This document shows positions 27,301 through 42,849 of a DNA stretch of 64,000 nucleotides, in pieces. A model generated the notes under the pieces. It had not been told where the DNA came from. It did not search any database and saw only the letters and a list, made by a program, of their open reading frames with translations. A program made the position numbers and the translations under genes. Numbering within the stretch: position 1 is the stretch's first letter; every line of letters begins with the position of its first letter. This stretch comes from the human T2T-CHM13v2.0 reference genome, Homo sapiens: assembly GCF_009914755.1 (NCBI RefSeq), contig NC_060938.1. The stretch is one strand, 5' to 3'.

Positions 27301-30300
27301 AGATTCAACAAAAAGTGTTTTTCAGAACTGCTCTATCAAAAGAAAGATCCACCTCTGTTAGCTGAGTTCACACATCACAAACAAGTTTATGAGAATGCTT
27401 CTGTCTAGTTTTTATTTGAAGATATTTCCTTTCTCACCATAGACCTGAAAGCTGTCCTAATGTTCACTTCCAGTTACTACAGAAAGAGTGTTTCAAAACT
27501 GCTGTACGAAAGGGAATGTTCAACTCTGTGACTTGAATGCACACATCACAAAGAAGTTTCTGAGGATGCTGCTGTCTACTTTTTATACTTAATCCCGTTT
27601 CCAACGAAATCCTCCAAGCTATCCAAATATCCACTTGCAGATTCCACAGAAAGACTGTTTCAAAACTGCTCTGTCAATAGAAAGGTTCAACTCTGTTAGC
27701 TGCGTGCATATATCCCAAAGAAGATTCTGAGATTGCTTCTGTCTAGTTTTTATGGGAAGATATTTCCCTTTTCACCGTAGGCGTCCAGGCGCTCCAAATG
27801 TCCACTTCCAGATACTACAAAAACAGTGTTTCAAACCTACTCTGTGAAAGGGAATATTCAACTCTGTGACTTGAATGCACATATCACAAGGAAGTTTCTG
27901 AGAATGCTTCTGTCGAGATTTTATATGAAGATATTCCCGTTTCCAACGAAATCCTGAAATCTATCCAAATATCCCCTCGCAGATTCTACAAAAAGAGTGT
28001 TTCAAAACTGCTCTGTAAAAAGGAAGGTTCAACTCTGTTAGTTGAGTACACACATCACAAACAAGTTTCACAGAATGCTTCTTTCTAGCTTGTAGGGGAA
28101 GATATTCCCTTTATCACCATGGGCCTCCAACCGTCCGATAAGTCCACTTCCATATACTACAAAAAGAGCGTTTCAAACCTGCTCTATGAAAGGCAATGTT
28201 CAACTCTGTGACTTGAATGCAGACATCACAGAGCAGTTTCTGAGAATGCTTCTGTCTAGATTTTATAGGAAGATATTCCCGTTTCCAACGAAATCTTCAC
28301 AGCTATCCAAATATCCACTTGCAGATTCTACAAAAAGAGTGTATCAAAACTGCTCTGTCAAAAGGAAGGTTCTTCTCTGTTAGGTGAGTGCATACGTCAT
28401 AAAGGAGTTTCTGAGAATGTTTCTGTCTAGTGGTTATGGGAAGATATTTGCTTTTTCACCGTAGGCCTCAGAGCGCTCCAAATATCCACTTGCACATACT
28501 ACAAAAAGAGTGCTTCAAAGCTGGTCTCTGAAACGGAATGTTCAACTCTATGAGTTGAATGCAAACATCACAAAGACGTTTCTGAGAATGCTTCTGTCTA
28601 GATTTGATATGAAGATATTCCCGTTTCCAACGAAATCTTCAAATCTATCCAAATGTCCACTTGCAGATTCAACAAAAAGTGTTTTTCAGAACTGCTCTAT
28701 CAAAAGAAAGATCCACCTCTGTTAGCTGAGTTCACACATCACAAACAAGTTTATGAGAATGCTTCTGTATAGTTTTTATTTGAAGATATTTCCTTTCTCA
28801 CCATAGACCTGAAAGCTGTCCTAATGTTCACTTCCAGATACTACAGAAAGAGTGTTTCAAAACTGCTGTACGAAAGGGAATGTTCAACTCTGTGACTTGA
28901 ATGCACACATCACAAAGAAGTTTCTGAGGATGCTGCTGTCTACTTTTTATACGTAATCCCGTTTCCAACGAAATCCTCCAAGCTATCCAAATATCCACTT
29001 GCAGATTCCACAGAAAGGCTGTTTCAAAACTGCTCTGTCAATAGAAAGGTTCAACTCTGTTAGCTGCGTGCATATATCCCAAAGAAGATTCTGAGATTGC
29101 TTCTGTCTAGTTTTTATGGGAAGATATTTCCCTTTTCACCGTAGGTGTCAAGGCGCTCCAAATGTCCACTTCCAGATACTACAAAAAGAGTGTTTCAAAC
29201 CTACTCTGTGAAAGGGAATATTCAACTCTGTGACTTGAATGCACATATCACAAAGAAGTTTCTGAGAATGCTTCTGTCGAGATTTTATATGAAGATATTC
29301 CCGTTTCCAACGAAATCCTGAAATGTATCCAAATATCCCCTCGCAGATTCTACAAAAAGAGTGTTTCAAAACTGCTCTGTAAAAAGAAAGGTTCAACTCT
29401 GTTAGTTGAGTACACACATCACAAATAAGTTTCACACAATGCTTCTTTCTAGCTTGTAGGGGAAGATATTCCCTTTATCACCATGGGCCTCAAACCGTCT
29501 GAAACGTCCACTTCCATATACTACAAAAAGAGCATTTCAAACCTGCTCTATGAAAGGCAATGTTCAACTCTGTGACTTGAATGCAGACATCACAGAGCAG
29601 TTTCTGAGAATGCTTCTGTCTAGATTTTATAGGAAGATATTCCCGTTTCCAACGAAATCTTCACAGCTATCCAAATATCCACTTGCAGATTCTACAAAAA
29701 GAGTGTATCAAAACTGCTCTGTCAAAAGGAAGGTTCTTCTCTGTTAGGTGAGTGCATACGTCATAAAGGAGTTTCTGAGAATGTTTCTGTCTAGTGGTTA
29801 TGGGAAGATATTTGCTTTTTCCCCGTAGGCCTCAGGGCGCTCCAAATGTCCACTTGCACATGCTACAAAAAGAGTGCTTCAAAGCTGCTCTCTGAAAGGG
29901 AATGTTCAACTCTATGAGTTGAATGCAAACATCACAAAGACGTTTCTGAGAATGCTTCTGTCTAGATTTGATATGAAGATATTCCCGTTTCCAACGAAAT
30001 CTTCAAATCTATCCAAATGTCCACTTGCAGATTCAACAAAAAGTGTTTTTCAGAACTGCTCTATCAAAAGAAAGATCCACCTCTGTTAGCTGAGTTCAGA
30101 CATCACAAACAAGTTTATGAGAATGCTTCTGTCTAGTTTTTATTTGAAGATATTTCCTTTCTCACCATAGACCTGAAAGCTGTCCTAATGTTCACTTCCA
30201 GTTACTACAGAAAGAGTGTTTCAAAACTGCTGTACGAAAGGGAATGTTCAACTCTGTGACTTGAATGCACACATCACAAAGAAGTTTCTGAGGATGCTGC

Positions 30301-33300
30301 TGTCTACTTTTTATACTTAATCCCGTTTCCAACGAAATCCTCCAAGCTATCCAAATATCCACTTGCAGATTCCACAGAAAGACTGTTTCAAAACTGCTCT
30401 GTCAATAGAAAGGTTCAACTCTGTTAGCTGCGTGCATATATCCCAAAGAAGATTCTGAGATTGCTTCTGTCTAGTTTTTATGGGAAGATATTTCCCTTTT
30501 CACCGTAGGCGTCCAGGCGCTCCAAATGTCCACTTCCAGATACTACAAAAAGAGTGTTTCAAACCTACTCTGTGAAAGGGAATATTCAACTCTGTGACTT
30601 GAATGCACATATCACAAGGAAGTTTCTGAGAATGCTTCTGTCGAGATTTTATATGAAGATATTCCCGTTTCCAACGAAATCCTGAAATCTATCCAAATAT
30701 CCCCTCGCAGATTCTACAAAAAGAGTGTTTCAAAACTGCTCTGTAAAAAGGAAGGTTCAACTCTGTTAGTTGAGTACACACATCACAAACAAGTTTCACA
30801 GAATGCTTCTTTCTAGCTTGTAGGGGAAGATATTCCCTTTATCACCATGGGCCTCCAACCGTCCGATAAGTCCACTTCCATATACTACAAAAAGAGCGTT
30901 TCAAACCTGCTCTATGAAAGGCAATGTTCAACTCTGTGACTTGAATGCAGACATCACAGAGCAGTTTCTGAGAATGCTTCTGTCTAGATTTTATAGGAAG
31001 ATATCCCCGTTTCCAACGAAATCTTCACAGCTATCCAAATATCCACTTGCAGATTCTACAAAAAGAGTGTATCAAAACTGCTCTGTCAAAAGGAAGGTTC
31101 TTTTCTGTTAGGTGAGTGCATACGTCATAAAGGAGTTTCTGAGAATGTTTCTGTCTAGTGGTTATGGGAAGATATTTGCTTTTTCACCGTAGGCCTCAGA
31201 GCGCTCCAAATATCCACTTGCACATACTACAAAAAGAGTGCCTCAAAGCTGCTCTCAGAAACGGAATGTTCAACTCTATGAGTTGAATGCAAACATCGCA
31301 AAGACGTTTCTGAGAATGCTTCTGTCTAGATTTGATATGAAGATATTCCCGTTTCCAACGAAATCTTCAAATCTATCCAAATGTCCACTTGCAGATTCAA
31401 CAAAAAGTGTTTTTCAGAACTGCTCTATCAAAAGAAAGATCCACCTCTGTTAGCTGAGTTCACACATCACAAACAAGTTTATGAGAATGCTTCTGTCTAG
31501 TTTTTATTTGAAGATATTTCCTTTCTCACCATAGAGCTGAAAGCTGTCCTAATGTTCACTTCCAGATACTACAGAAAGAGTGTTTCAAAACTGCTGTACG
31601 AAAGGGAATGTTCAACTCTGTGACTTGAATGCACACATCACAAAGAAGTTTCTGAGGATGCTGCTGTCTACTTTTTATACGTAATCCCGTTTCCAACGAA
31701 ATCCTCCAAGCTATCCAAATATCCACTTGCAGATTCCACAGAAAGACTGTTTCAAAACTGCTCTGTCAATAGAAAGGTTCAACTCTGTTAGCTGCGTGCA
31801 TATATCCCAAAGAAGATTCTGAGATTGCTTCTGTCTAGTTTTTATGGGAAGATATTTCCCTTTTCACCGTAGGTGTCAAGGCGCTCCAAATATCCACTTC
31901 CAGATACTACAAAAAGAGTGTTTCAAACCTACTCTGTGAAAGGGAATATTCAACTCTGTGACTCGAATGCACATATCACAAAGAAGTTTCTGAGAATGCT
32001 TCTGTCGAGATTTTATATGAAGATATTCCCGTTTCCAACGAAATGCTGAAATCTATCCAAATATCCCCTCGCAGATTCTACAAAAAGAGTGTTTCAAAAC
32101 TGCTCTGTGAAAAGAAAGGTTCAACTCTGTTAGTTGAGTACACACATCACAAACAAGTTTCACAGAATGCTTCTTTCTAGCTTGTAGGGGAAGATATTCC
32201 CTTTATCACCATGGGCCTCAAACCGTCCGAAAAGTCCACTTCCATATACTACAAAAAGAGCGTTTCAAACCTGCTCTATGAAAGGCAATGTTCAACTCTG
32301 TGACTTGAATGCAGACATCACAGAGCAGTTTCTGAGAATGCTTCTGTCTAGATTTTATAGGAAGATATTCCCGTTTCCAACGAAATCTTCACAGCTATCC
32401 TAATATCCACTTGCAGATTCTACAAAAAGAGTGTATCAAAACTGCTCTGTCAAAAGGAAGGTTCTTTTCTGTTAGGTGAGTGCATACGTCATAAAGGAGT
32501 TTCTGAGAATGTTTCTGTCTAGTGGTTATGGGAAGATATTTGCTTTTTCACCGTAGGCCTCAGAGCGCTCCAAATATCCACTTGCACATACTACAAAAAG
32601 AGTGCCTCAAAGCTGCTCTCTGAAACGGAATGTGCAACTCTATGAGTTGAATGCAAACATCGCAAAGACGTTTCTGAGAATGCTTCTGTCTAGATTTGAT
32701 ATGAAGATATTCCCGTTTCCAACGAAATCTTCAAATCTATCCAAATGTCCACTTGCAGATTCAACAAAAAGTGTTTTTCAGAACTGCTCTATCAAAAGAA
32801 AGATCCACCTCTGTTAGCTGAGTTCACACATCACAAACAAGTTTATGAGAATGCTTCTGTCTAGTTTTTATTTGAAGATATTTCCTTTCTCACCATAGAG
32901 CTGAAAGCTGTCCTAATGTTCACTTCCAGATACTACAGAAAGAGTGTTTCAAAACTGCTGTACGAAAGGGAATGTTCAACTCTGTGACTTGAATGCACAC
33001 ATCACAAAGAAGTTTCTGAGGATGCTGCTGTCTACTTTTTATACGTAATCCCGTTTCCAACGAAATCCTCCAAGCTATCCAAATATCCACTTGCAGATTC
33101 CACAGAAAGACTGTTTCAAAACTGCTCTGTCAATAGAAAGGTTCAACTCTGTTAGCTGCGTGCATATATCCCAAAGAAGATTCTGAGATTGCTTCTGTCT
33201 AGTTTTTATGGGAAGATATTTCCCTTTTCACCGTAGGTGTCAAGGCGCTCCAAATGTCCACTTCCAGATACTACAAAAAGAGTGTTTCTAACCTACTCTG

Positions 33301-36300
33301 TGAAAGGGAATATTCAACTCTGTGACTTGAATGCACATATCACAAAGAAGTTTCTGAGAATGCTTCTGTCGAGATTTTATATGAAGATATTCCCGTTTCC
33401 AACGAAATCCTGAAATCTATCCAAATATCCCCTCGCAGATTCTACAAAAAGAGTGTTTCAAAACTGCTCTGTGAAAAGAAAGGTTCAACTCTGTTAGTTG
33501 AGTACACACATCACAAACAAGTTTCACAGAATGCTTCTTTCTAGCTTGTAGGGAAAGATATTCCCTTTATCACCATGGGCCTCCAACCGTCCGAAACATC
33601 CACTTCCATATACTACAAAAAGAGCGTTTCAAACCTGCTCTATGAAAGGCAATGTTCAACTCTGTGACTTGAATGCAGACATCACAGAGCAGTTTCTGAG
33701 AATGCTTCTGTCTAGATTTTATAGGAAGCTATTCCCGTTTCCAACGAAATCTTCACAGCTATCCAAATATCCACTTGCAGATTCTACAAAAAGAGTGTAT
33801 CAAAACTGCTCTGTCAAAAGGAAGGTTCTTTTCTGTTAGGTGAGTGCATACGTCATAAAGGAGTTTCTGAGAATGTTTCTGTCTAGTGGTTATGGGAAGA
33901 TATTTGCTTTTTCACCGTAGGCCTCAGAGGGCTCCAAATATCCACTTGCACATACTACAAAAAGAGTGCCTCAAAGCTGCTCTCTGAAACGGAATGTGCA
34001 ACTCTATGAGTTGAATGCAAACATCGCAAAGACGTTTCTGAGAATGCTTCTGTCTAGATTTGATATGAAGATATTCCCGTTTCCAACGAAATCTTCAAAT
34101 CTATCCAAATGTCCACTTGCAGATTCAACAAAAAGTGTTTTTCAGAACTGCTCTATCAAAAGAAAGATCCACCTCTGTTAGCTGAGTTCACACATCACAA
34201 ACAAGTTTATGAGAATGCTTCTGTCTAGTTTTTATTTGAAGATATTTCCTTTCTCACCATAGAGCTGAAAGCTGTCCTAATGTTCACTTCCAGATACTAC
34301 AGAAAGAGTGTTTCAAAACTGCTGTACGAAAGGGAATGTTCAACTCTGTGACTTGAATGCACACATCACAAAGAAGTTTCTGAGGATGCTGCTGTCTACT
34401 TTTTATACGTAATCCCGTTTCCAACGAAATCCTCCAAGCTATCCAAATATCCACTTGCAGATTCCACAGAAAGACTGTTTCAAAACTGCTCTGTCAATAG
34501 AAAGGTTCAACTCTGTTAGCTGCGTGCATATATCCCAAAGAAGATTCTGAGATTGCTTCTGTCTAGTTTTTATGGGAAGATATTTCCCTTTTCACCGTAG
34601 GTGTCAAGGCGCTCCAAATGTCCACTTCCAGATACTACAAAAAGAGTGTTTCAAACCTACTCTGTGAAAGGGAATATTCAACTCTGTGACTCGAATGCAC
34701 ATATCACAAAGAAGTTTCTGAGAATGCTTCTGTCGAGATTTTATATGAAGATATTCCCTTTTCCAACGAAATGCTGAAATCTATCCAAATATCCCCTCGC
34801 AGATTCTACAAAAAGAGTGTTTCAAAACTGCTCTGTAAAAAGAAAGGTTCAACTCTGTTAGTTGAGTACACACATCACAAATAAGTTTCACACAATGCTT
34901 CTTTCTAGCTTGTAGGGGAAGATATTCCCTTTATCACCATGGGCCTCAAACCGTCTGAAACGTCCACTTCCATATACTACAAAAAGAGCATTTCAAACCT
35001 GCTCTATGAAAGGCAATGTTCAACTCTGTGACTTGAATGCAGACATCACAGAGTAGTTTCTGAGAATGCTTCTGTCTAGATTTTATAGGAAGATATTCCC
35101 GTTTCCAACGAAATCTTCACAGCTATCCAAATATCCAGTTGCAGATTCTACAAAAAGAGTGTATCAAAACTGCTCTGTCAAAAGGAAGGTTCTTCTCTGT
35201 TAGGTGAGTGCATACGTCATAAAGGAGTTTCTGAGAATGTTTCTGTCTAGTGGTTATGGGAAGATATTTGCTTTTTCCCCGTAGGCCTCAGGGCGCTCCA
35301 AATGTCCACTTGCACATGCTACAAAAAGAGTGCTTCAAAGCTGCTCTCTGAAAGGGAATGTTCAACTCTATGAGTTGAATGCAAACATCACAAAGACGTT
35401 TCTGAGAATGCTTCTGTCTAGATTTGATATGAAGATATTCCCGTTTCCAACGAAATCTTCAAATCTATCCAAATGTCCACTTGCAGATTCAACAAAAAGT
35501 GTTTTTCAGAACTGCTCTATCAAAAGAAAGATCCACCTCTGTTAGCTGAGTTCAGACATCACAAACAAGTTTATGAGAATGCTTCTGTCTAGTTTTTATT
35601 TGAAGATATTTCCTTTCTCACCATAGACCTGAAAGCTGTCCTAATGTTCACTTCCAGTTACTACAGAAAGAGTGTTTCAAAACTGCTGTACGAAAGGGAA
35701 TGTTCAACTCTGTGACTTGAATGCACACATCACAAAGAAGTTTCTGAGGATGCTGCTGTCTACTTTTTATACTTAATCCCGTTTCCAACGAAATCCTCCA
35801 AGCTATCCAAATATCCACTTGCAGATTCCACAGAAAGACTGTTTCAAAACTGCTCTGTCAATAGAAAGGTTCAACTCTGTTAGCTGCGTGCATATATCCC
35901 AAAGAAGATTCTGAGATTGCTTCTGTCTAGTTTTTATGGGAAGATATTTCCCTTTTCACCGTAGGCGTCCAGGCGCTCCAAATGTCCACTTCCAGATACT
36001 ACAAAAACAGTGTTTCAAACCTACTCTGTGAAAGGGAATATTCAACTCTGTGACTTGAATGCACATATCACAAGGAAGTTTCTGAGAATGCTTCTGTCGA
36101 GATTTTATATGAAGATATTCCCGTTTCCAACGAAATCCTGAAATCTATCCAAATATCCCCTCGCAGATTCTACAAAAAGAGTGTTTCAAAACTGCTCTGT
36201 AAAAAGGAAGGTTCAACTCTGTTAGTTGAGTACACACATCACAAACAAGTTTCACAGAATGCTTCTTTCTAGCTTGTAGGGGAAGATATTCCCTTTATCA

Positions 36301-39300
36301 CCATGGGCCTCCAACCGTCCGATAAGTCCACTTCCATATACTACAAAAAGAGCGTTTCAAACCTGCTCTATGAAAGGCAATGTTCAACTCTGTGACTTGA
36401 ATGCAGACATCACAGAGCAGTTTCTGAGAATGCTTCTGTCTAGATTTTATAGGAAGATATTCCCGTTTCCAACGAAATCTTCACAGCTATCCAAATATCC
36501 ACTTGCAGATTCTACAAAAAGAGTGTATCAAAACTGCTCTGTCAAAAGGAAGGTTCTTCTCTGTTAGGTGAGTGCATACGTCATAAAGGAGTTTCTGAGA
36601 ATGTTTCTGTCTAGTGGTTATGGGAAGATATTTGCTTTTTCACCGTAGGCCTCAGAGCGCTCCAAATATCCACTTGCACATACTACAAAAAGAGTGCTTC
36701 AAAGCTGGTCTCTGAAACGGAATGTTCAACTCTATGAGTTGAATGCAAACATCACAAAGACGTTTCTGAGAATGCTTCTGTCTAGATTTGATATGAAGAT
36801 ATTCCCGTTTCCAACGAAATCTTCAAATCTATCCAAATGTCCACTTGCAGATTCAACAAAAAGTGTTTTTCAGAACTGCTCTATCAAAAGAAAGATCCAC
36901 CTCTGTTAGCTGAGTTCACACATCACAAACAAGTTTATGAGAATGCTTCTGTATAGTTTTTATTTGAAGATATTTCCTTTCTCACCATAGACCTGAAAGC
37001 TGTCCTAATGTTCACTTCCAGATACTACAGAAAGAGTGTTTCAAAACTGCTGTACGAAAGGGAATGTTCAACTCTGTGACTTGAATGCACACATCACAAA
37101 GAAGTTTCTGAGGATGCTGCTGTCTACTTTTTATACGTAATCCCGTTTCCAACGAAATCCTCCAAGCTATCCAAATATCCACTTGCAGATTCCACAGAAA
37201 GGCTGTTTCAAAACTGCTCTGTCAATAGAAAGGTTCAACTCTGTTAGCTGCGTGCATATATCCCAAAGAAGATTCTGAGATTGCTTCTGTCTAGTTTTTA
37301 TGGGAAGATATTTCCCTTTTCACCGTAGGTGTCAAGGCGCTCCAAATGTCCACTTCCAGATACTACAAAAAGAGTGTTTCAAACCTACTCTGTGAAAGGG
37401 AATATTCAACTCTGTGACTTGAATGCACATATCACAAAGAAGTTTCTGAGAATGCTTCTGTCGAGATTTTATATGAAGATATTCCCGTTTCCAACGAAAT
37501 CCTGAAATGTATCCAAATATCCCCTCGCAGATTCTACAAAAAGAGTGTTTCAAAACTGCTCTGTAAAAAGAAAGGTTCAACTCTGTTAGTTGAGTACACA
37601 CATCACAAATAAGTTTCACACAATGCTTCTTTCTAGCTTGTAGGGGAAGATATTCCCTTTATCACCATGGGCCTCAAACCGTCTGAAACGTCCACTTCCA
37701 TATACTACAAAAAGAGCATTTCAAACCTGCTCTATGAAAGGCAATGTTCAACTCTGTGACTTGAATGCAGACATCACAGAGCAGTTTCTGAGAATGCTTC
37801 TGTCTAGATTTTATAGGAAGATATTCCCGTTTCCAACGAAATCTTCACAGCTATCCAAATATCCACTTGCAGATTCTACAAAAAGAGTGTATCAAAACTG
37901 CTCTGTCAAAAGGAAGGTTCTTCTCTGTTAGGTGAGTGCATACGTCATAAAGGAGTTTCTGAGAATGTTTCTGTCTAGTGGTTATGGGAAGATATTTGCT
38001 TTTTCCCCGTAGGCCTCAGGGCGCTCCAAATGTCCACTTGCACATGCTACAAAAAGAGTGCTTCAAAGCTGCTCTCTGAAAGGGAATGTTCAACTCTATG
38101 AGTTGAATGCAAACATCGCAAAGACGTTTCTGAGAATGCTTCTGTCTAGATTTGATATGAAGATATTCCCGTTTCCAACGAAATCTTCAAATCTATCCAA
38201 ATGTCCACTTGCAGATTCAACAAAAAGTGTTTTTCAGAACTGCTCTATCAAAAGAAAGATCCACCTCTGTTAGCTGAGTTCACACATCACAAACAAGTTT
38301 ATGAGAATGCTTCTGTCTAGTTTTTATTTGAAGATATTTCCTTTCTCACCATAGAGCTGAAAGCTGTCCTAATGTTCACTTCCAGATACTACAGAAAGAG
38401 TGTTTCAAAACTGCTGTACGAAAGGGAATGTTCAACTCTGTGACTTGAATGCACACATCACAAAGAAGTTTCTGAGGATGCTGCTGTCTACTTTTTATAC
38501 GTAATCCCGTTTCCAACGAAATCCTCCAAGCTATCCAAATATCCACTTGCAGATTCCACAGAAAGACTGTTTCAAAACTGCTCTGTCAATAGAAAGGTTC
38601 AACTCTGTTAGCTGCGTGCATATATCCCAAAGAAGATTCTGAGATTGCTTCTGTCTAGTTTTTATGGGAAGATATTTCCCTTTTCACCGTAGGTGTCAAG
38701 GCGCTCCAAATGTCCACTTCCAGATACTACAAAAAGAGTGTTTCAAACCTACTCTGTGAAAGGGAATATTCAACTCTGTGACTCGAATGCACATATCACA
38801 AAGAAGTTTCTGAGAATGCTTCTGTCGAGATTTTATATGAAGATATTCCCGTTTCCAACGAAATGCTGAAATCTATCCAAATATCCCCTCGCAGATTCTA
38901 CAAAAAGAGTGTTTCAAAACTGCTCTGTAAAAAGAAAGGTTCAACTCTGTTAGTTGAGTACACACATCACAAATAAGTTTCACACAATGCTTCTTTCTAG
39001 CTTGTAGGGGAAGATATTCCCTTTATCACCATGGGCCTCAAACCGTCTGAAACGTCCACTTCCATATACTACAAAAAGAGCATTTCAAACCTGCTCTATG
39101 AAAGGCAATGTTCAACTCTGTGACTTGAATGCAGACATCACAGAGCAGTTTCTGAGAATGCTTCTGTCTAGATTTTATAGGAAGATATTCCCGTTTCCAA
39201 CGAAATCTTCACAGCTATCCAAATATCCACTTGCAGATTCTACAAAAAGAGTGTATCAAAACTGCTCTGTCAAAAGGAAGGTTCTTCTCTGTTAGGTGAG

Positions 39301-42300
39301 TGCATACGTCATAAAGGAGTTTCTGAGAATGTTTCTGTCTAGTGGTTATGGGAAGATATTTGCTTTTTCCCCGTAGGCCTCAGGGCGCTCCAAATGTCCA
39401 CTTGCACATGCTACAAAAAGAGTGCTTCAAAGCTGCTCTCTGAAAGGGAATGTTCAACTCTATGAGTTGAATGCAAACATCACAAAGACGTTTCTGAGAA
39501 TGCTTCTGTCTAGATTTGATATGAAGATATTCCCGTTTCCAACGAAATCTTCAAATCTATCCAAATGTCCACTTGCAGATTCAACAAAAAGTGTTTTTCA
39601 GAACTGCTCTATCAAAAGAAAGATCCACCTCTGTTAGCTGAGTTCAGACATCACAAACAAGTTTATGAGAATGCTTCTGTCTAGTTTTTATTTGAAGATA
39701 TTTCCTTTCTCACCATAGACCTGAAAGCTGTCCTAATGTTCACTTCCAGTTACTACAGAAAGAGTGTTTCAAAACTGCTGTACGAAAGGGAATGTTCAAC
39801 TCTGTGACTTGAATGCACACATCACAAAGAAGTTTCTGAGGATGCTGCTGTCTACTTTTTATACTTAATCCCGTTTCCAACGAAATCCTCCAACCTATCC
39901 AAATATCCACTTGCAGATTCCACAGAAAGACTGTTTCAAAACTGCTCTGTCAATAGAAAGGTTCAACTCTGTTAGCTGCGTGCATATATCCCAAAGAAGA
40001 TTCTGAGATTGCTTCTGTCTAGTTTTTATGGGAAGATATTTCCCTTTTCACCGTAGGCGTCAAGGCGCTCCAAATGTCCACTTCCAGATACTACAAAAAG
40101 AGTGTTTCAAACCTACTCTGTGAAAGGGAATATTCAACTCTGTGACTTGAATGCACATATCACAAGGAAGTTTCTGAGAATGCTTCTGTCGAGATTTTAT
40201 ATGAAGATATTCTCGTTTACAACGAAATCCTGAAATCTATCCAAATATCCCCTCGCAGATTCTACAAAAAGAGTGTTTCAAAACTGCTCTGTAAAAAGAA
40301 AGGTTCAACTCTGTTAGTTGAGTACACACATCACAAACAAGTTTCACAGAATGCTTCTTTCTAGCTTGTAGGGGAAGATATTCCCTTTATCACCATGGGC
40401 CTCCAACCGTCCGAAACATCCACTTCCATATACTACAAAAAGAGCGTTTCAAACCTGCTCTATGAAAGGCAATGTTCAACTCTGTGACTTGAATGCAGAC
40501 ATCACAGAGCAGTTTCTGAGAATGCTTCTGTCTAGATTTTATAGGAAGATATTCCCGTTTCCAACGAAATCTTCACAGCTATCCAAATATCCACTTGCAG
40601 ATTCTACAAAAAGAGTGTATCAAAACTGCTCTGTCAAAAGGAAGGTTCTTCTCTGTTAGGTGAGTGCATACGTCATAAAGGAGTTTCTGAGAATGTTTCT
40701 GTCTAGTGGTTATGGGAAGATATTTGCTTTTTCCCCGTAGGCCTCAGGGCGCTCCAAATGTCCACTTGCACATGCTACAAAAAGAGTGCTTCAAAGCTGC
40801 TCTCTGAAAGGGAATGTTCAACTCTATGAGTTGAATGCAAACATCACAAAGACGTTTCTGAGAATGCTTCTGTCTAGATTTGATATGAAGATATTCCCGT
40901 TTCCAACGAAATCTTCAAATCTATCCAAATGTCCACTTGCAGATTCAACAAAAAGTGTTTTTCAGAACTGCTCTATCAAAAGAAAGATCCACCTCTGTTA
41001 GCTGAGTTCACACATCACAAACAAGTTTATGAGAATGCTTCTGTCTAGTTTTTATTTGAAGATATTTCCTTTCTCACCGTAGAGCTGAAAGCTGTCCTAA
41101 TGTTCACTTCCAGATACTACAGAAAGAGTGTTTCAAAACTGCTGTACGAAAGGGAATGTTCAACACTGTGACTTGAATGCACACATCACAAAGAAGTTTC
41201 TGAGGATGCTGCTGTCTACTTTTTATACGTAATCCCGTTTCCAACGAAATCCTCCAAGCTATCCAAATATCCACTTGCAGATTCCACAGAAAGGCTGTTT
41301 CAAAACTGCTCTGTCAATAGAAAGGTTCAACTCTGTTAGCTGCGTGCATATATCCCAAAGAAGATTCTGAGATTGCTTCTGTCTAGTTTTTATGGGAAGA
41401 TATTTCCCTTTTCACCGTAGGTGTCAAGGCGCTCCAAATGTCCACTTCCAGATACTACAAAAAGAGTGTTTCCAACCTACTCTGTGAAAGGGAATATTCA
41501 ACTCTGTGACTTGAATGCACATATCACAAAGAAGTTTCTGAGAATGCTTCTGTCGAGATTTTATATGAAGATATTCCCGTTTCCAACGAAATCCTGAAAT
41601 GTATCCAAATATCCCCTCGCAGATTCTACAAAAAGAGTGTTTCAAAACTGCTCTGTAAAAAGAAAGGTTCAACTCTGTTAGTTGAGTACACACATCACAA
41701 ACAAGTTTCACACAATGCTTCTTTCTAGCTTGTAGGGGAAGATATTCCCTTTATCACCATGGGCCTCAAACCGTCTGAAACGTCCACTTCCATATACTAC
41801 AAAAAGAGCATTTCAAACCTGCTCTATGAAAGGCAATGTTCAACTCTGTGACTTGAATGCAGACATCACAGAGCAGTTTCTGAGAATGCTTCTGTCTAGA
41901 TTTTATAGGAAGATATTCCCGTTTCCAACGAAATCTTCACAGCTATCCAAATATCCACTTGCAGATTCTACAAAAAGAGTGTATCAAAACTGCTCTGTCA
42001 AAAGGAAGGTTCTTCTCTGTTAGGTGAGTGCATACGTCATAAAGGAGTTTCTGAGAATGTTTCTGTCTAGTGGTTATGGGAAGATATTTGCTTTTTCCCC
42101 GTAGGCCTCAGGGCGCTCCAAATGTCCACTTGCACATGCTACAAAAAGAGTGCTTCAAAGCTGCTCTCTGAAAGGGAATGTTCAACTCTATGAGTTGAAT
42201 GCAAACATCACAAAGACGTTTCTGAGAATGCTTCTGTCTAGATTTGATATGAAGATATTCCCGTTTCCAACGAAATCTTCAAATCTATCCAAATGTCCAC

Positions 42301-42849
42301 TTGCAGATTCAACAAAAAGTGTTTTTCAGAACTGCTCTATCAAAAGAAAGATCCACCTCTGTTAGCTGAGTTCAGACATCACAAACAAGTTTATGAGAAT
42401 GCTTCTGTCTAGTTTTTATTTGAAGATATTTCCTTTCTCACCATAGACCTGAAAGCTGTCCTAATGTTCACTTCCAGTTACTACAGAAAGAGTGTTTCAA
42501 AACTGCTGTACGAAAGGGAATGTTCAACTCTGTGACTTGAATGCACACATCACAAAGAAGTTTCTGAGGATGCTGCTGTCTACTTTTTATACTTAATCCC
42601 GTTTCCAACGAAATCCTCCAAGCTATCCAAATATCCACTTGCAGATTCCACAGAAAGACTGTTTCAAAACTGCTCTGTCAATAGAAAGGTTCAACTCTGT
42701 TAGCTGCGTGCATATATCCCAAAGAAGATTCTGAGATTGCTTCTGTCTAGTTTTTATGGGAAGATATTTCCCTTTTCACCGTAGGCGTCAAGGCGCTCCA
42801 AATGTCCACTTCCAGATACTACAAAAAGAGTGTTTCAAACCTACTCTGT

